Assembly (NCBI GenBank): GCA_963815115.1
Contig: CAWFFN010000005.1
Span: 1,248,001 to 1,312,000, forward strand
Source of the DNA: an uncultured delta proteobacterium
GTDB taxonomy: Bacteria; Desulfobacterota; Binatia; DP-6
Direction of reading: 5' to 3'
DNA: 64,000 bases
Shown here one piece after another: positions 17,853 through 27,359 of the stretch. A program made the translations under genes and the position numbers. Position 1 is the first letter of the stretch; every line of letters starts with the position of its first letter. The notes under the pieces are model-generated. The model was not told the origin of the DNA and did no database searches. It saw nothing but the letters and a program-made list of their open reading frames with translations.

Positions 17853-18878
17853 GTGCTGAAGATCGGCCGCCTCCTCGATCATCCGACCGCCGCGGGCACG
17901 TTGGACTACGGACGCGCCGCGATCGATCTGATCTTCGGTGCCGTCAATGCCGGCGGTGGCATCGCGGGACAGGAGATCACCGTGGTCGACGCCGACGCCG
18001 TCGGCAGCGTCGAGCGGGTGGTCGCGGGGGCACGCAGGCTCGCCGCCGAGGGATGTCTCCTGATCCTCGGGCCCTCCGTCACCGACTTCGCCGTGCCGCT
18101 GATTCCCGTGCTCGACGAGATCCGGGTGCCGGCGATCAACTGGTCGGGCAGCGGCCTGGCGCGAGGCGCATGGGGGTTCCAGCTCAAGATCGGGTCGTTG
18201 CCGGACGAGGCCGGATATCTCACCCGTCTGATCGCGGCGCGGGGCGACCGCGCGATCGCCCTGGTGCGCGACCGCGGCCCGATCGGGGACGAGTACGCCG
18301 GCTTCCTGCGAGGTGGGCTGGACAGCGTGGGCGTCGCGCTGGCGGCGGATCTCGAGATGTCCGATGCGACGGATGCCGCGCGATGCGCGGACGCGCTCGG
18401 CCCGCACGAGCCTCCCTGCGTCGTCTATCTCGGTCTCGGGCCCAACGGCGTCTCGCTCTGCCGGACGCTGCGCGCGCGGGGCTGGCGTGTCCCGGTGATC
18501 GGGAACATCGGCCTCGGCGTCTTTCCCGAACCCGCTCTGGAGGGAATCGTCTTCACCGACGTGATCGACGAGGCGAACCCGGTCCTGCAGCGTTTCGCGA
18601 GGCAATGGCACGCTCGATTCGGCCCACATCCGGTGCTGCTCGGGCTGGCGGCCGCGCACGACCTCGCCGTCACGGCGGTGGAAGCGCTGCGCCGTGCCCC
18701 GACGCTCACGCCAGCGGGCGTGCGCATCGGGCTCGAGAGGCTGCGCGGCCTGCCCGCCGCGGCGGGCGCCGCGGGGACCACCGTCGGCTTCGCACCGTGG
18801 GATCGCGACGGCTACAAGGGCCCGCTGATCGTCTACCGCCAGATCCGCGAGGGCCGCGCGGTGATGTTTCGCCCGTGA
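17853..18878 (+). CDS. Type 1 periplasmic-binding-fold (LivK/LivJ-like) protein without signal peptide
   Basis: LKIG.L, VN..GGI.G..I, LILGP, VP.I; in-frame TAG at 17838 excludes an N-terminal extension. Confidence 0.78.
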   Translation: MLKIGRLLDHPTAAGTLDYGRAAIDLIFGAVNAGGGIAGQEITVVDADAVGSVERVVAGARRLAAEGCLLILGPSVTDFAVPLIPVLDEIRVPAINWSGSGLARGAWGFQLKIGSLPDEAGYLTRLIAARGDRAIALVRDRGPIGDEYAGFLRGGLDSVGVALAADLEMSDATDAARCADALGPHEPPCVVYLGLGPNGVSLCRTLRARGWRVPVIGNIGLGVFPEPALEGIVFTDVIDEANPVLQRFARQWHARFGPHPVLLGLAAAHDLAVTAVEALRRAPTLTPAGVRIGLERLRGLPAAAGAAGTTVGFAPWDRDGYKGPLIVYRQIREGRAVMFRP

Positions 18879-19774
18879 CCGGAGACTCCATCGTCCTCTG
18901 CGCCGGGACGATTCCCCGCGCGTCCTTCCGCGCGCGCATCGCCGCGGCGAGCGCGGGCGGGTTCGACGGCGTCTCGCTTCGTCTGCACGACTATACCCGC
19001 GCGCGCGCCGAGGGGTTGTCCGACGCAGACGTCCGTTCGCTGCTGGCGGGGGAGGGGATGGCCGTCGCGGAGCTCGAGGCGCTCACCGCGTGGCGGCCGG
19101 GCACCACGCCGTCACGCCCCGAGTACGTTGCGCCACGGGTTCTGGAGATCGCCGATGCGCTGCGGGCGCGCTCGATCAGCGTGGTCGAGGGGCCGGGAGC
19201 GCCGCTGCCGGTGGACGTCGCGGCGGAGGCCTTCGCCGCGCTGTGCGACGGTGCCGCCGCATTCGGACTCCTGGTGGGCATCGAGTTCTGGCCCGGCTCC
19301 GGGCTCGACCTTCGCACGGCGGCGGCGGTGGTCGGGGCGGCCGATCGTCCGAACGGCGGCCTGCTGGTCGACACCTGGCACCTGGCGCGAACGCGGGATG
19401 GAGCCGCACTGCTCCGGGACGTCCCGGGCGCGCGCATCGTGGCGGTACAGATCAGCGACTCGCCACGCGTCGGAGAGCCGGAGTCCGACTATCTCGCGGC
19501 GACCCTCACCCGGCGGCTGATGCCGGGCGAGGGGGCGCTCGACCTCGTCGGATTCCTGCGTCTACTCGACGCACGCGCATCATCCGCGCCGATCGGCGTC
19601 GAGGTCTGCTCCGAGCGCCTCGCCGCCGAACCGCCCGAGAGCGTCGCGCGGCGCGCCGGCGATGCCATCCGCGTCCTGCTGGCGTCCGCGCGACGGGGGC
19701 ACGATCAGGGCTCGCCCGGCAGCGGACCGAAGTCCGGGGGTGGGACCCGCACCTCCGGGAAGGCCCCCTCGTAG
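18875..19774 (+). CDS. Sugar phosphate isomerase/epimerase (AP endonuclease family 2 TIM barrel)
   Basis: GFDGVSL, GIEF, LLVDTWH, VQISD, R.MPGEG.LDL, GVEV; GTGA overlap with previous gene. Confidence 0.85.
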   Translation: MTGDSIVLCAGTIPRASFRARIAAASAGGFDGVSLRLHDYTRARAEGLSDADVRSLLAGEGMAVAELEALTAWRPGTTPSRPEYVAPRVLEIADALRARSISVVEGPGAPLPVDVAAEAFAALCDGAAAFGLLVGIEFWPGSGLDLRTAAAVVGAADRPNGGLLVDTWHLARTRDGAALLRDVPGARIVAVQISDSPRVGEPESDYLAATLTRRLMPGEGALDLVGFLRLLDARASSAPIGVEVCSERLAAEPPESVARRAGDAIRVLLASARRGHDQGSPGSGPKSGGGTRTSGKAPS

Positions 19775-19799
19775 GCCGAGGCGACCCGGAACAGCGTCG

Positions 19800-20738
19800 T
19801 CATTCGACGAGGCGGATCGGGATCGAGTGCTCGTTGCCCGGCTCCAGCACGTAGCGCCGGACCCGCGGGAGCACGCGCTCGACCGTCTCCAGGTAGAGAC
19901 GCTTCTCGAGCAACGCGGGCGAGCGTGCGTGCTCGGCCGCGAGCAGGACGAAGCGTTCCGCGTCCGCGCGCGCGGCGTTCAGGCGCTGGTCGCTGAACGC
20001 CATGGCCTCGCGCACGGTCTTCTCGGCCTCGCCGCGCGCGATCGGAACCGTCGTGTTGGCATACGTCTCGGCCTCCGACACCAGGCGCTCGCGGTCGGCG
20101 CGGGCGTCCTGGACGTCCTGGAACGCCTTCACGACGACGGGCGGCGCCTCGACGGCCTCGAGGTTCACCGCCAGGACCTGGATGCCGGTTCGCCACGCGT
20201 CCAGCATCGTCTGGGTCCGCGCCCGCACCTGCTCGCGCAGGATCAGCCGGCCCGAGGTGAGCACGTCGTCGACGGGGAGCGCGCTGGCGGCGGCGGTGAA
20301 CGCGGCGCCGATCGCCATCTGCAGGATGCGCTCCGGGTTCTCGCTGTGGAGCAGGTAGTCGCGCGCCTCGCCGATCCGCCAGGTCACCTTGCTGCGCAGG
20401 TGAAGGATGTTCGTGTCGCTGGTCAGCCACCGGCTCTCGACCGGGTCGCTCGTGTCCGGCTCGCCGCCGGCGCCTGCCCGGAAGCCGATCGGCAGGGAGA
20501 ACGTCCGGGTCGCCGGGACCCGGTCGACGCGTCCGAACGGCCGCGGCCACCACCAGTGGACGCCGGGCGGAACGGGGCTGGTGCTGACCTCGCCGAACAG
20601 CCGCGTCACGGCGACGGTGGTCGATGGTACGGTGAAGGTCCCGCTGGCCGTCCAGGCGAGCAGGGTGAGGGCCAGGACGCCGGCCGGCACCCCGCGACGC
20701 CGGGCGACCGCCGCGAACGTGGCCCACGTTCGCGTCAT
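19800..20738 (-). CDS. hflK: HflK-like SPFH/band-7 protein
   Basis: N-terminal TM, PGVHWWWP.P, LTSD.NI, V..AFQDVQ.AR, P.ARGEA, RLYLETVE.VLP. Confidence 0.85.
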   Translation of the reverse strand: MTRTWATFAAVARRRGVPAGVLALTLLAWTASGTFTVPSTTVAVTRLFGEVSTSPVPPGVHWWWPRPFGRVDRVPATRTFSLPIGFRAGAGGEPDTSDPVESRWLTSDTNILHLRSKVTWRIGEARDYLLHSENPERILQMAIGAAFTAAASALPVDDVLTSGRLILREQVRARTQTMLDAWRTGIQVLAVNLEAVEAPPVVVKAFQDVQDARADRERLVSEAETYANTTVPIARGEAEKTVREAMAFSDQRLNAARADAERFVLLAAEHARSPALLEKRLYLETVERVLPRVRRYVLEPGNEHSIPIRLVE

Positions 20739-21652
20739 CGCGTCTCGGCTCCGTTCGCATGCACGGGACCGGCGATCCCCGGCGGCCCCTGGAGCAAGCT
20801 CGTCATCAAGGGCGAGTCGGCCGGGAGGACCAGTGTCGTGTCCTTGTCGATGATCTTCTCGTAGGCCTCGAGCGTGCGTACGAAACGGTAGAAGTCGGGA
20901 TTGGTGCCGACGGCGTCGGCGTAGATGCGTGCGGCCTCCGCTTCCGCCTTGCCGCGAATCTCCGACGCCTTGCGCTCCGCTTCCGACATGATGCGCGCGC
21001 GCTTCAGATCGGCCTCGGCACGGATCTCCAGCGCGCGCTCCTCGCCTTCGGAGCGGAATTGCTTGGCGATCCGCTGGCGTTCGGCGCGCATGCGCTGATA
21101 GACGCTGGCCTCGTTCTGCTGCGGGAACGACAGGCGCTCGAGACGCAGTGCCACCAGCTCGATGCCGAACTCGCGCACCGCCGTGGCGCGGACCCGCTCC
21201 TCGACGTCGCTCACCACGGCGTCGAGCCGCATGCGCGCCGGATCGGGCGACACGAGCGCCTCGAACGGCGCCGAGCCGAACGCCGCGCCCAGCTCCGAGG
21301 CCGACACGGCGGCGAGGCGCGCCTCGGCGGTGTCGCGGACGAGCATGGTCTGCAGGAACCGCAGCGGGTCGGCGACGCGCCAGGTGAGGAACGACCGCGC
21401 CACGATGTTCTTCTTGTCGAGAGTCAGATACTCGGTGGCCGGCGGCTCCGTCAGGAGGACGCGCGCATCCAGCCGCACGACCTGGTCGATCAGCGGCACC
21501 CGGAAGCGTAGCCCCGGCGTCATGCAGGTCCGGATCGGGCGCCCGAAGCGCGTCACGATGGCGTACTCGGTCGCATCCACGACGAAGGGGGAGAGCAGCG
21601 CCAGCGCCGTCACCACCAGCGTGCCCGCGAGGAGAATCCGTCTCGTGGTCAT
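20735..21652 (-). CDS. hflC: HflC-like SPFH protein
   Basis: IVTRFGRP, LTLDKKNIV, VYQRMRAERQRIA..FRSEGEE, PDFYRF.RTLEAY. Confidence 0.9.
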   Translation of the reverse strand: MTTRRILLAGTLVVTALALLSPFVVDATEYAIVTRFGRPIRTCMTPGLRFRVPLIDQVVRLDARVLLTEPPATEYLTLDKKNIVARSFLTWRVADPLRFLQTMLVRDTAEARLAAVSASELGAAFGSAPFEALVSPDPARMRLDAVVSDVEERVRATAVREFGIELVALRLERLSFPQQNEASVYQRMRAERQRIAKQFRSEGEERALEIRAEADLKRARIMSEAERKASEIRGKAEAEAARIYADAVGTNPDFYRFVRTLEAYEKIIDKDTTLVLPADSPLMTSLLQGPPGIAGPVHANGAETR

Positions 21653-23778
21653 AGGTCGTCGTCCTCGTTCTGGCCCAGCATGTTGGCGATCGTCCGCCGC
21701 GGCTGTGCGGCGGCAGGGGTCACCGGCGGCGCCAGGGGTGGCGGCACGACGGGCGTGCCGTCACCCCGGAGCCAGAGCTCGTAGCCCTGTGGACCGCCGC
21801 GGGCAGATCGAATCACCTTCCTCGCGCCCGGCAGGACCCGCTCCGCGGTCTCGATGTACATGCGCGTCTCCGTGGTCTCGGGCGCCGTTCGATACGCGGC
21901 GGAGAGGGCGAGGAAGCGCCCGGCATCCGCGTGCGCCCGGACCCGCCGCTCGAGCGCCCACGCCTGCGCCTCGTCCACGGTCTTCTCCGCCTCGCCGCGG
22001 GCCACGGCGACGACCCCCGCGGCGTACTCCTCGGCCTGGTGAATGGTGTTCAGCCGGTCCTCGTGTGCGCTGGCGACGTCGCGGAACGCGTCGTGCACCT
22101 TGGGCGGCGCATGGACGTCGAGCAGGCGGACGCCGCCGACGTCGATACCGAGGCCCATCGTCTCGACGTCGTCGCGCACCCGCCGGAGCATCCACTCCTC
22201 CACCTCGGCACGATCGCGCGTGTACACGGCGTCGATGGGATGCGTCGCCAGCGCGTGCACGAGCTGGCCTCGTGCGATCGCCGTCAGGACGGCTTCCGGA
22301 TCGGCGACGCCGAGCCGGTAGCGGACCGAGTCGCCGACGCGGAACTGGACCTCGGCGCGCACGTCCATCAGGTTCTCGTCGGCCGTCACGTAGAGGGGCG
22401 CATCGGGATCGGCCTCGCGTTCCAGCGAACGGGGCTCGAGCGTGAAGTTGATCGGGCGCTCGCGGACCTGGGCGGTGCGCACGAGTGAGACGGTGTCGAC
22501 GAGCGGGACCGCGTAGAGCAGGCCGGGCGCCCGCGGCGTGCCGTCGAGCGCACCGAAGCGTTGCATCACGGCCTCCTCACCCGGCGACACGCGACGGAAT
22601 CCGCCCAGGAGCGCCGCGACGACCCAGAGGGCCGCCAGGGCCTGGACCGGCCGGCTGCGCACGATCGGGCCGAGGCGCAGGTCGCGCATCCATGCCAGCG
22701 AGGCGCGCGCGTTCGTGGCCAGGTCGCGCAGGCCCGGGCGGACGCCGGTCCGATGCAAGGAGCGGAGCAGCAGCCACGCGAAGCTGACCGCGCCGAGGAT
22801 CTTGAGCGGCGCCAGCAGCTCGGGGCCGGCCGGACCGCGAAGCGCCACCGCCTGGCCGAGATCGGGCAGCAGGAGGTCGACCACGAGCCCCGCCGCCAGC
22901 GCCACGCCGACGATCGTGCCGAGGTAGAGCTGCATCAGCCCGGGCCCGAGCATGCGCCGCAATGCCATCATCGTGGCGCCGTTGGTCGCCGGACCGACGA
23001 GGAGGAACACCAGGGCCGCCCCGGCCGACGCCCCCTTGGCGACGAACAGGGCGGCCAGCGGGGTCGACGCGCTCGCGCAGACATAGAGAGGAGCGCCGAT
23101 CAGGACCATGACCGCCATGGCGGCGATCGACGACGGGAAGTAGCGATCGAAGAAATCGGCCGGCAGGATCGCGCCCAGCGTCCCCGTCAGCAGCACGGCC
23201 GCCAGCAGCCAGAACCCGACGTCGTCGAAGAGCTCGACGAAGGCGTAGTGCGCCGCGCGCCGGACCTTCCGTCTCGTGCGCCCGGGAAGCGAGATCTCGC
23301 CGGTGGCGGGTGCCTCGCCGTGATCGTGGCAATCGACGGCGAATGATCCCCGTTCGCAGCCGTGGTCGGGCAGCCGGAGCGAGAGCATGCCCGCGACGAC
23401 GCCGGTGATCGTCGCCACCACGGGGCGGATCACGGCCATCACCGGGCCGAAGTAGGCGGCGGTGATGGCCACCGAGTCCACGCCGACCTCGGGGGTGGTG
23501 ATGAGGAAGGACAGCGTCGCTTCCCGGCTCGCGCCCTTGCGGCGGAGCGCCATCGCCGCCGGAAGCACGCCGCACGAGCAGAGCGGGATCGGCGCCCCGA
23601 GGAGCGACGCGCGCACGCAGGCGCCCAGGCTGCGGCTGCCGAGATGCTTCACCAGTCGTGCCGGATCGATCAGGACGTGCAGCGCGCCGGCGACGGCGAA
23701 GCCGAACACGATCCAGAGCCCGCCCTCGTACAGCGTACGTCCGGTCTCCCGGACCACCGCGATGATGAAGTCGATCAA
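21649..23778 (-). CDS. Fusion: DUF318/ArsP-type (SO_0444-like) metal permease + HflK-like SPFH domain
   Basis: N-half PIPLCSCGVLP, TPEVGVDS, PLYVCASASTP, GPATN and a His/Cys loop; C-half QRFG, TADENL, AFRDVASA.ED, ARGEA, RMYIET; single ORF with no stop between domains; TTG start inferred. Confidence 0.88.
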   Translation of the reverse strand: MIDFIIAVVRETGRTLYEGGLWIVFGFAVAGALHVLIDPARLVKHLGSRSLGACVRASLLGAPIPLCSCGVLPAAMALRRKGASREATLSFLITTPEVGVDSVAITAAYFGPVMAVIRPVVATITGVVAGMLSLRLPDHGCERGSFAVDCHDHGEAPATGEISLPGRTRRKVRRAAHYAFVELFDDVGFWLLAAVLLTGTLGAILPADFFDRYFPSSIAAMAVMVLIGAPLYVCASASTPLAALFVAKGASAGAALVFLLVGPATNGATMMALRRMLGPGLMQLYLGTIVGVALAAGLVVDLLLPDLGQAVALRGPAGPELLAPLKILGAVSFAWLLLRSLHRTGVRPGLRDLATNARASLAWMRDLRLGPIVRSRPVQALAALWVVAALLGGFRRVSPGEEAVMQRFGALDGTPRAPGLLYAVPLVDTVSLVRTAQVRERPINFTLEPRSLEREADPDAPLYVTADENLMDVRAEVQFRVGDSVRYRLGVADPEAVLTAIARGQLVHALATHPIDAVYTRDRAEVEEWMLRRVRDDVETMGLGIDVGGVRLLDVHAPPKVHDAFRDVASAHEDRLNTIHQAEEYAAGVVAVARGEAEKTVDEAQAWALERRVRAHADAGRFLALSAAYRTAPETTETRMYIETAERVLPGARKVIRSARGGPQGYELWLRGDGTPVVPPPLAPPVTPAAAQPRRTIANMLGQNEDDDL

Positions 23779-23800
23779 AGCCGGATGCCCCGCGCGACTT

Positions 23801-23816
23801 AGCAGGCATGATGCCG
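23801..23816 (-). promoter_or_regulatory. Putative sigma-54 promoter of the permease-hflK/hflC/hflK operon
   Basis: CGGCATC-ATGC-CTGCT (GG-N10-GC) ~22 nt before the inferred start. Confidence 0.35.
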
Positions 23817-23944
23817 ACGGCAGTTCCTGATGCGTGGCCCATTCGCACGTGCAGAGTGCGTGCGACGTCGGCATCGAATCGCCGAAATCGTCAGCACGGC
23901 GACGTCGCGTTTCACGGTCGAGCGATCTGCGCGGACGTCGCTGC

Positions 23945-23960
23945 GGGCACCATCGTTGCT
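23945..23960 (+). promoter_or_regulatory. Putative sigma-54 promoter of the acetamidase pair
   Basis: GGGCAC-CATCG-TTGCT, close to consensus TGGCAC-N5-TTGCW. Confidence 0.55.
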
Positions 23961-24019
23961 ACTCACGCTCGTTCAGCAGCGTTCAGACGATGGGTCGGTT
24001 CGAAAGAGGGAGGGAATCC

Positions 24020-25189
24020 ATGGCGAAAGGATTCACGGCACCACGCACGGTCGCCGTCGCAGCAGGCGTAGCTATTCCCGTCTGCCTCGGCGTGCTCGGT
24101 CATCGCGCCGCGAATGCCACGAAGAGCGAGGCGACGTACTTTGCGCCCTCGACGTCGCAGACGGTGTGGCGCGGCTTCTATCCGAAGGATGCGCCGCCGC
24201 TCCTCACCGTCCCGAGCGGGGCCATCGTGCGCATCGACACGCTGTCGCATCAGGGGCTGAACCAGAAGCCGAGCGGCCAGCCGGATCCGGTCACCCAGGC
24301 CGCGGCCAGCGGCGTTCCGGCGGATCAGGTCCTCGCCGACGCGATCGACGTCTACGACAATCTCGACTACGCCAACCGGACCAAGAACGGTGGCACCCAC
24401 GTCCTGACCGGGCCGATCTACATCGACGGCGCCGAACCGGGCGACACGCTGGAAGTGCGCATCCTGAAGGTGGAGGCGCGCGTGCCCTGGGGTCGGGCGC
24501 CCGGCGGCAAGATCGTCTACATCGACAACAAGCGCGCGCTGTTTGCGCCGGGCATCGAGATATCGCTCAAGCCGTTCCAGGGCATCATGGCGACGTGCCC
24601 GTCGGACGACTATGTCTCGCCGATTCCCGAGGTCGCGGCGGCCGGGTTCGCCGGAACGCGGCCGCCCGGTCCGTACGGCGGCAACATGGACACCAACGAT
24701 CTCGGCGAGGGGACCAGCCTCTACCTGCCGGTCTTCCGCCCGGGAGCACAGTTCTTCACCGGTGACCCGCACCAGGTTCAGGGCAACGGCGAGATCGGCG
24801 GCAGCGCGCTCGAGCAGTCGAACACGGTCACCTTCCAGTTCATCGTGCACAAGGGCGGCGGTCTCACGGGCCCACGCGCCGAGACGCCGACGCACTACAT
24901 CCTGATGGGCATCGACGTCGACCTCGACGTGGCCATGCGGGCGGCGCTGAAGGACGCGCTCGACTTCCTCCAGGCGGAGAAGGGATTCACGCCCGCGGAG
25001 GCGATGTCGTTCGCCAGCCTGGCCGTCGACATGAACATCGCGGAGGCGGTCGACTTCACGCAGCTCGTGATGGCGCGGATCCCCAAGCGCTTCTTCAAGG
25101 ACGACTTCGGGAAGCAACCGGACTTCTGGCACAAGCCGCTGACGGTGAAGAGCGAAGCGCAGCGTCAGGGTCTCGAGGACATCCGATAG
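24020..25189 (+). CDS. Acetamidase/formamidase family protein with N-terminal signal/anchor
   Basis: H.LTGPIYIDGAEPGDTL, GGNMD, LYLPVF, GDPH..QGNGE. Confidence 0.9.
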   Translation: MAKGFTAPRTVAVAAGVAIPVCLGVLGHRAANATKSEATYFAPSTSQTVWRGFYPKDAPPLLTVPSGAIVRIDTLSHQGLNQKPSGQPDPVTQAAASGVPADQVLADAIDVYDNLDYANRTKNGGTHVLTGPIYIDGAEPGDTLEVRILKVEARVPWGRAPGGKIVYIDNKRALFAPGIEISLKPFQGIMATCPSDDYVSPIPEVAAAGFAGTRPPGPYGGNMDTNDLGEGTSLYLPVFRPGAQFFTGDPHQVQGNGEIGGSALEQSNTVTFQFIVHKGGGLTGPRAETPTHYILMGIDVDLDVAMRAALKDALDFLQAEKGFTPAEAMSFASLAVDMNIAEAVDFTQLVMARIPKRFFKDDFGKQPDFWHKPLTVKSEAQRQGLEDIR

Positions 25190-25200
25190 GAACGGAGGGG

Positions 25201-26409
25201 ATGGGCATGTTGACCAAGTCGACCACACGGCGCGCCATCGCGATCGGGGCGGCGCTGACGGCACTCGTTGCGCTCGGGGTCCTCGGCCACCGCGCCGCGA
25301 ATGCCAGGAAGAACGAAGCCGACTACTTCCTGTCCTCCACCCCCGAGAACCTCTGGTTCGGGTGGTTCCCGCGTGACGCGCCGCCGGCGCTCACCGTGCC
25401 CAGCGGCGCGGTCGTCAAGATCGACACGATCTCGCACCGCGGTGTCGGCGGCAACGGTCTCGACCCGGTCGCCTTCCTCGGCCAGTTCGGGGTCAGCCCG
25501 GAGGAGGTGCTCCCCGACGTCATCAACGCCTTCAACAACCTGCCTCCCGACCACCGCGCGCCGCGCGGGGGCGGCGGCCACTACCTCACCGGGCCGATCT
25601 ACGTCGACGGCGCGGAACCCGGCGACACCCTCGAGGCTCGCATCCTGAAGGTCGAATCGCGGGTGCCGTACGGCATCAACGCGCAGAGCTCCGGCGGTGC
25701 GCTGCCGGGCTATCTGAGCCAGTCGACCGTTCGCCTGATGCGCACCAACGGTGACGTCGTGCTCTTCAAGGAGGGCGTCGAGATCCCGATGAAGCGGTTC
25801 CAGGGCATCATGGCGGTCGCCGCCGCCGACGACTTCGTCTCACCGGTCGGCAGCGCCGCCTCCGTCGGGATCGTCAGCTCGACCCCGCCGGGGCCCTTCG
25901 GTGGCAACATGGACACCAACGACCTCGGCGAGGGAACGAGCCTCTACCTCCCCGTGTTCCGGACCGGCGCCCAGTTCTTCACCGGCGATCCGCACGGTGT
26001 GCAGGGCAATGGCGAGGTCTCGGGCAATGCGCTCGAGCAGTCCAACACCGTCACCATCCAGTTCATCGTTCACAAGGGCGGCGGCCTCACCGGACCGCGC
26101 GCCGAGACCCCGACGCATTTCATCACGATGGGCATCGACCAGGATCACGACACGGCGTACATGCTGGCCCTCGCCGACGCGCTCTCGTTTCTGCAGACGG
26201 AGAAGGGCCTCTCGCTGTCCGACTCGCGCGCGTTCGCCAGTCTCGCGGTGGACTTCGACATCGCGGAGTCGGTGGACAACACGCAGCTCGTGATGGGGAG
26301 GATTCCGAAGCGCTTCTTCGTCGACGACTGGGAGCCGAAGGAGTTCTGGCACAAGCCGCTCCACGTCCGCACGGAAGCGCAGCGCCAGGGACTCGATCGG
26401 TTCCACTGA
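25201..26409 (+). CDS. Acetamidase/formamidase family protein, tandem paralogue
   Basis: Same motifs; N-terminal TRR plus hydrophobic segment and AANA. Confidence 0.9.
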   Translation: MGMLTKSTTRRAIAIGAALTALVALGVLGHRAANARKNEADYFLSSTPENLWFGWFPRDAPPALTVPSGAVVKIDTISHRGVGGNGLDPVAFLGQFGVSPEEVLPDVINAFNNLPPDHRAPRGGGGHYLTGPIYVDGAEPGDTLEARILKVESRVPYGINAQSSGGALPGYLSQSTVRLMRTNGDVVLFKEGVEIPMKRFQGIMAVAAADDFVSPVGSAASVGIVSSTPPGPFGGNMDTNDLGEGTSLYLPVFRTGAQFFTGDPHGVQGNGEVSGNALEQSNTVTIQFIVHKGGGLTGPRAETPTHFITMGIDQDHDTAYMLALADALSFLQTEKGLSLSDSRAFASLAVDFDIAESVDNTQLVMGRIPKRFFVDDWEPKEFWHKPLHVRTEAQRQGLDRFH

Positions 26410-26456
26410 GGACCTCGGAATTGCCTTCACGGGAACGGCGGTTCTAGAGTCGGTCG

Positions 26457-26984
26457 ATGACGACCGACGACGACCTCCGAGCCGTGCTCCGTCGCCTCGA
26501 GGACCGCGAGGCGATCCGCGACCTGCACGCCCACTACTGCTTCGTTCACGACCGCGGCCATGCCAGCCACGCCGAGGTCGACGTGCAGGCATTTCTGGCG
26601 CTTTGCCATCCGGACGTCGTCTGGGACAACAGCACGGACGGGTCGCGGGCTCATCGCGGTCACGCCGCGGTGGCGGCGTACCTGCGCCGGCTCTGGCCGC
26701 GCTTCGAGTCGTGCATGCACTTCGTCCACAACCTGGCGATCACGTTCGCTGGACCCGATCGCGCCCGCGGGCGGTCGAGCTTCGAGGCCGTCGGCGACAT
26801 GGGCGGCGTCGCATTCGTCGCGGCGGGCTACTACGAGGACGAATACGTGCGCACCGAGGACGGCTGGCGATTCACCCTCCATCGCGAGCTGCCGTTCTTC
26901 TTCGTGAAGACCGGCGAGAGCTGGGCCGGACCGAAGCCGCGCATCATGGAGGAGTGGAAGCAGCGGCCGACCAGCTCGCCGTAG
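26457..26984 (+). CDS. SnoaL/NTF2-like protein (SnoaL_4/LinA/BaiE-like)
   Basis: LEDREAIRDL..Y, H.V.N, G.Y.DEY.R..DGWRF. Confidence 0.85.
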   Translation: MTTDDDLRAVLRRLEDREAIRDLHAHYCFVHDRGHASHAEVDVQAFLALCHPDVVWDNSTDGSRAHRGHAAVAAYLRRLWPRFESCMHFVHNLAITFAGPDRARGRSSFEAVGDMGGVAFVAAGYYEDEYVRTEDGWRFTLHRELPFFFVKTGESWAGPKPRIMEEWKQRPTSSP

Positions 26985-27103
26985 CGCGCCGCCGCATGCC
27001 GCCCAGTCCGCCGCGAACAGCCCCGGTGCACCACACGGTTCGCGAGAAGCCGGGCGCGGTTGCTGCTACGAACGTGCGCCGCTATCGTGCGACCGGAGGC
27101 ACG

Positions 27104-27307
27104 ATGGAGATCAGCGCGCGGAACCAGCTCAAGGGCAAGGTGAAGCAGGTGACCTCCGGAGCCGTCATGAGCGAGGTGGTGGTGGACATTGGCGGCCAGG
27201 AGGTGGTGTCGATGATCTCGAAGGCCTCGGTCGAACGCCTCGGTCTCAAGGCAGGCGATGCGGTGGTGGCGATCATCAAGGCCACCGAGGTGATCATCGG
27301 CAAATGA
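27104..27307 (+). CDS. mop: Molybdenum-pterin-binding protein (Mop/TOBE, molbindin)
   Basis: SARNQLKGKV…S.ERLGLK.GD.V.AIIKATEV; GGAGG RBS. Confidence 0.92.
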   Translation: MEISARNQLKGKVKQVTSGAVMSEVVVDIGGQEVVSMISKASVERLGLKAGDAVVAIIKATEVIIGK

Positions 27308-27359
27308 CCGCACGGCAAGCGCAAGGCAAACCCGAGGTACGCCCCCCAAGGTAGGACCA

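Noticed and set aside
27310-27350. AAGGCAAACC resembling a c-di-GMP-I riboswitch element
   Set aside because: The remaining P2/P3 elements are absent and the spacer is only ~50 nt
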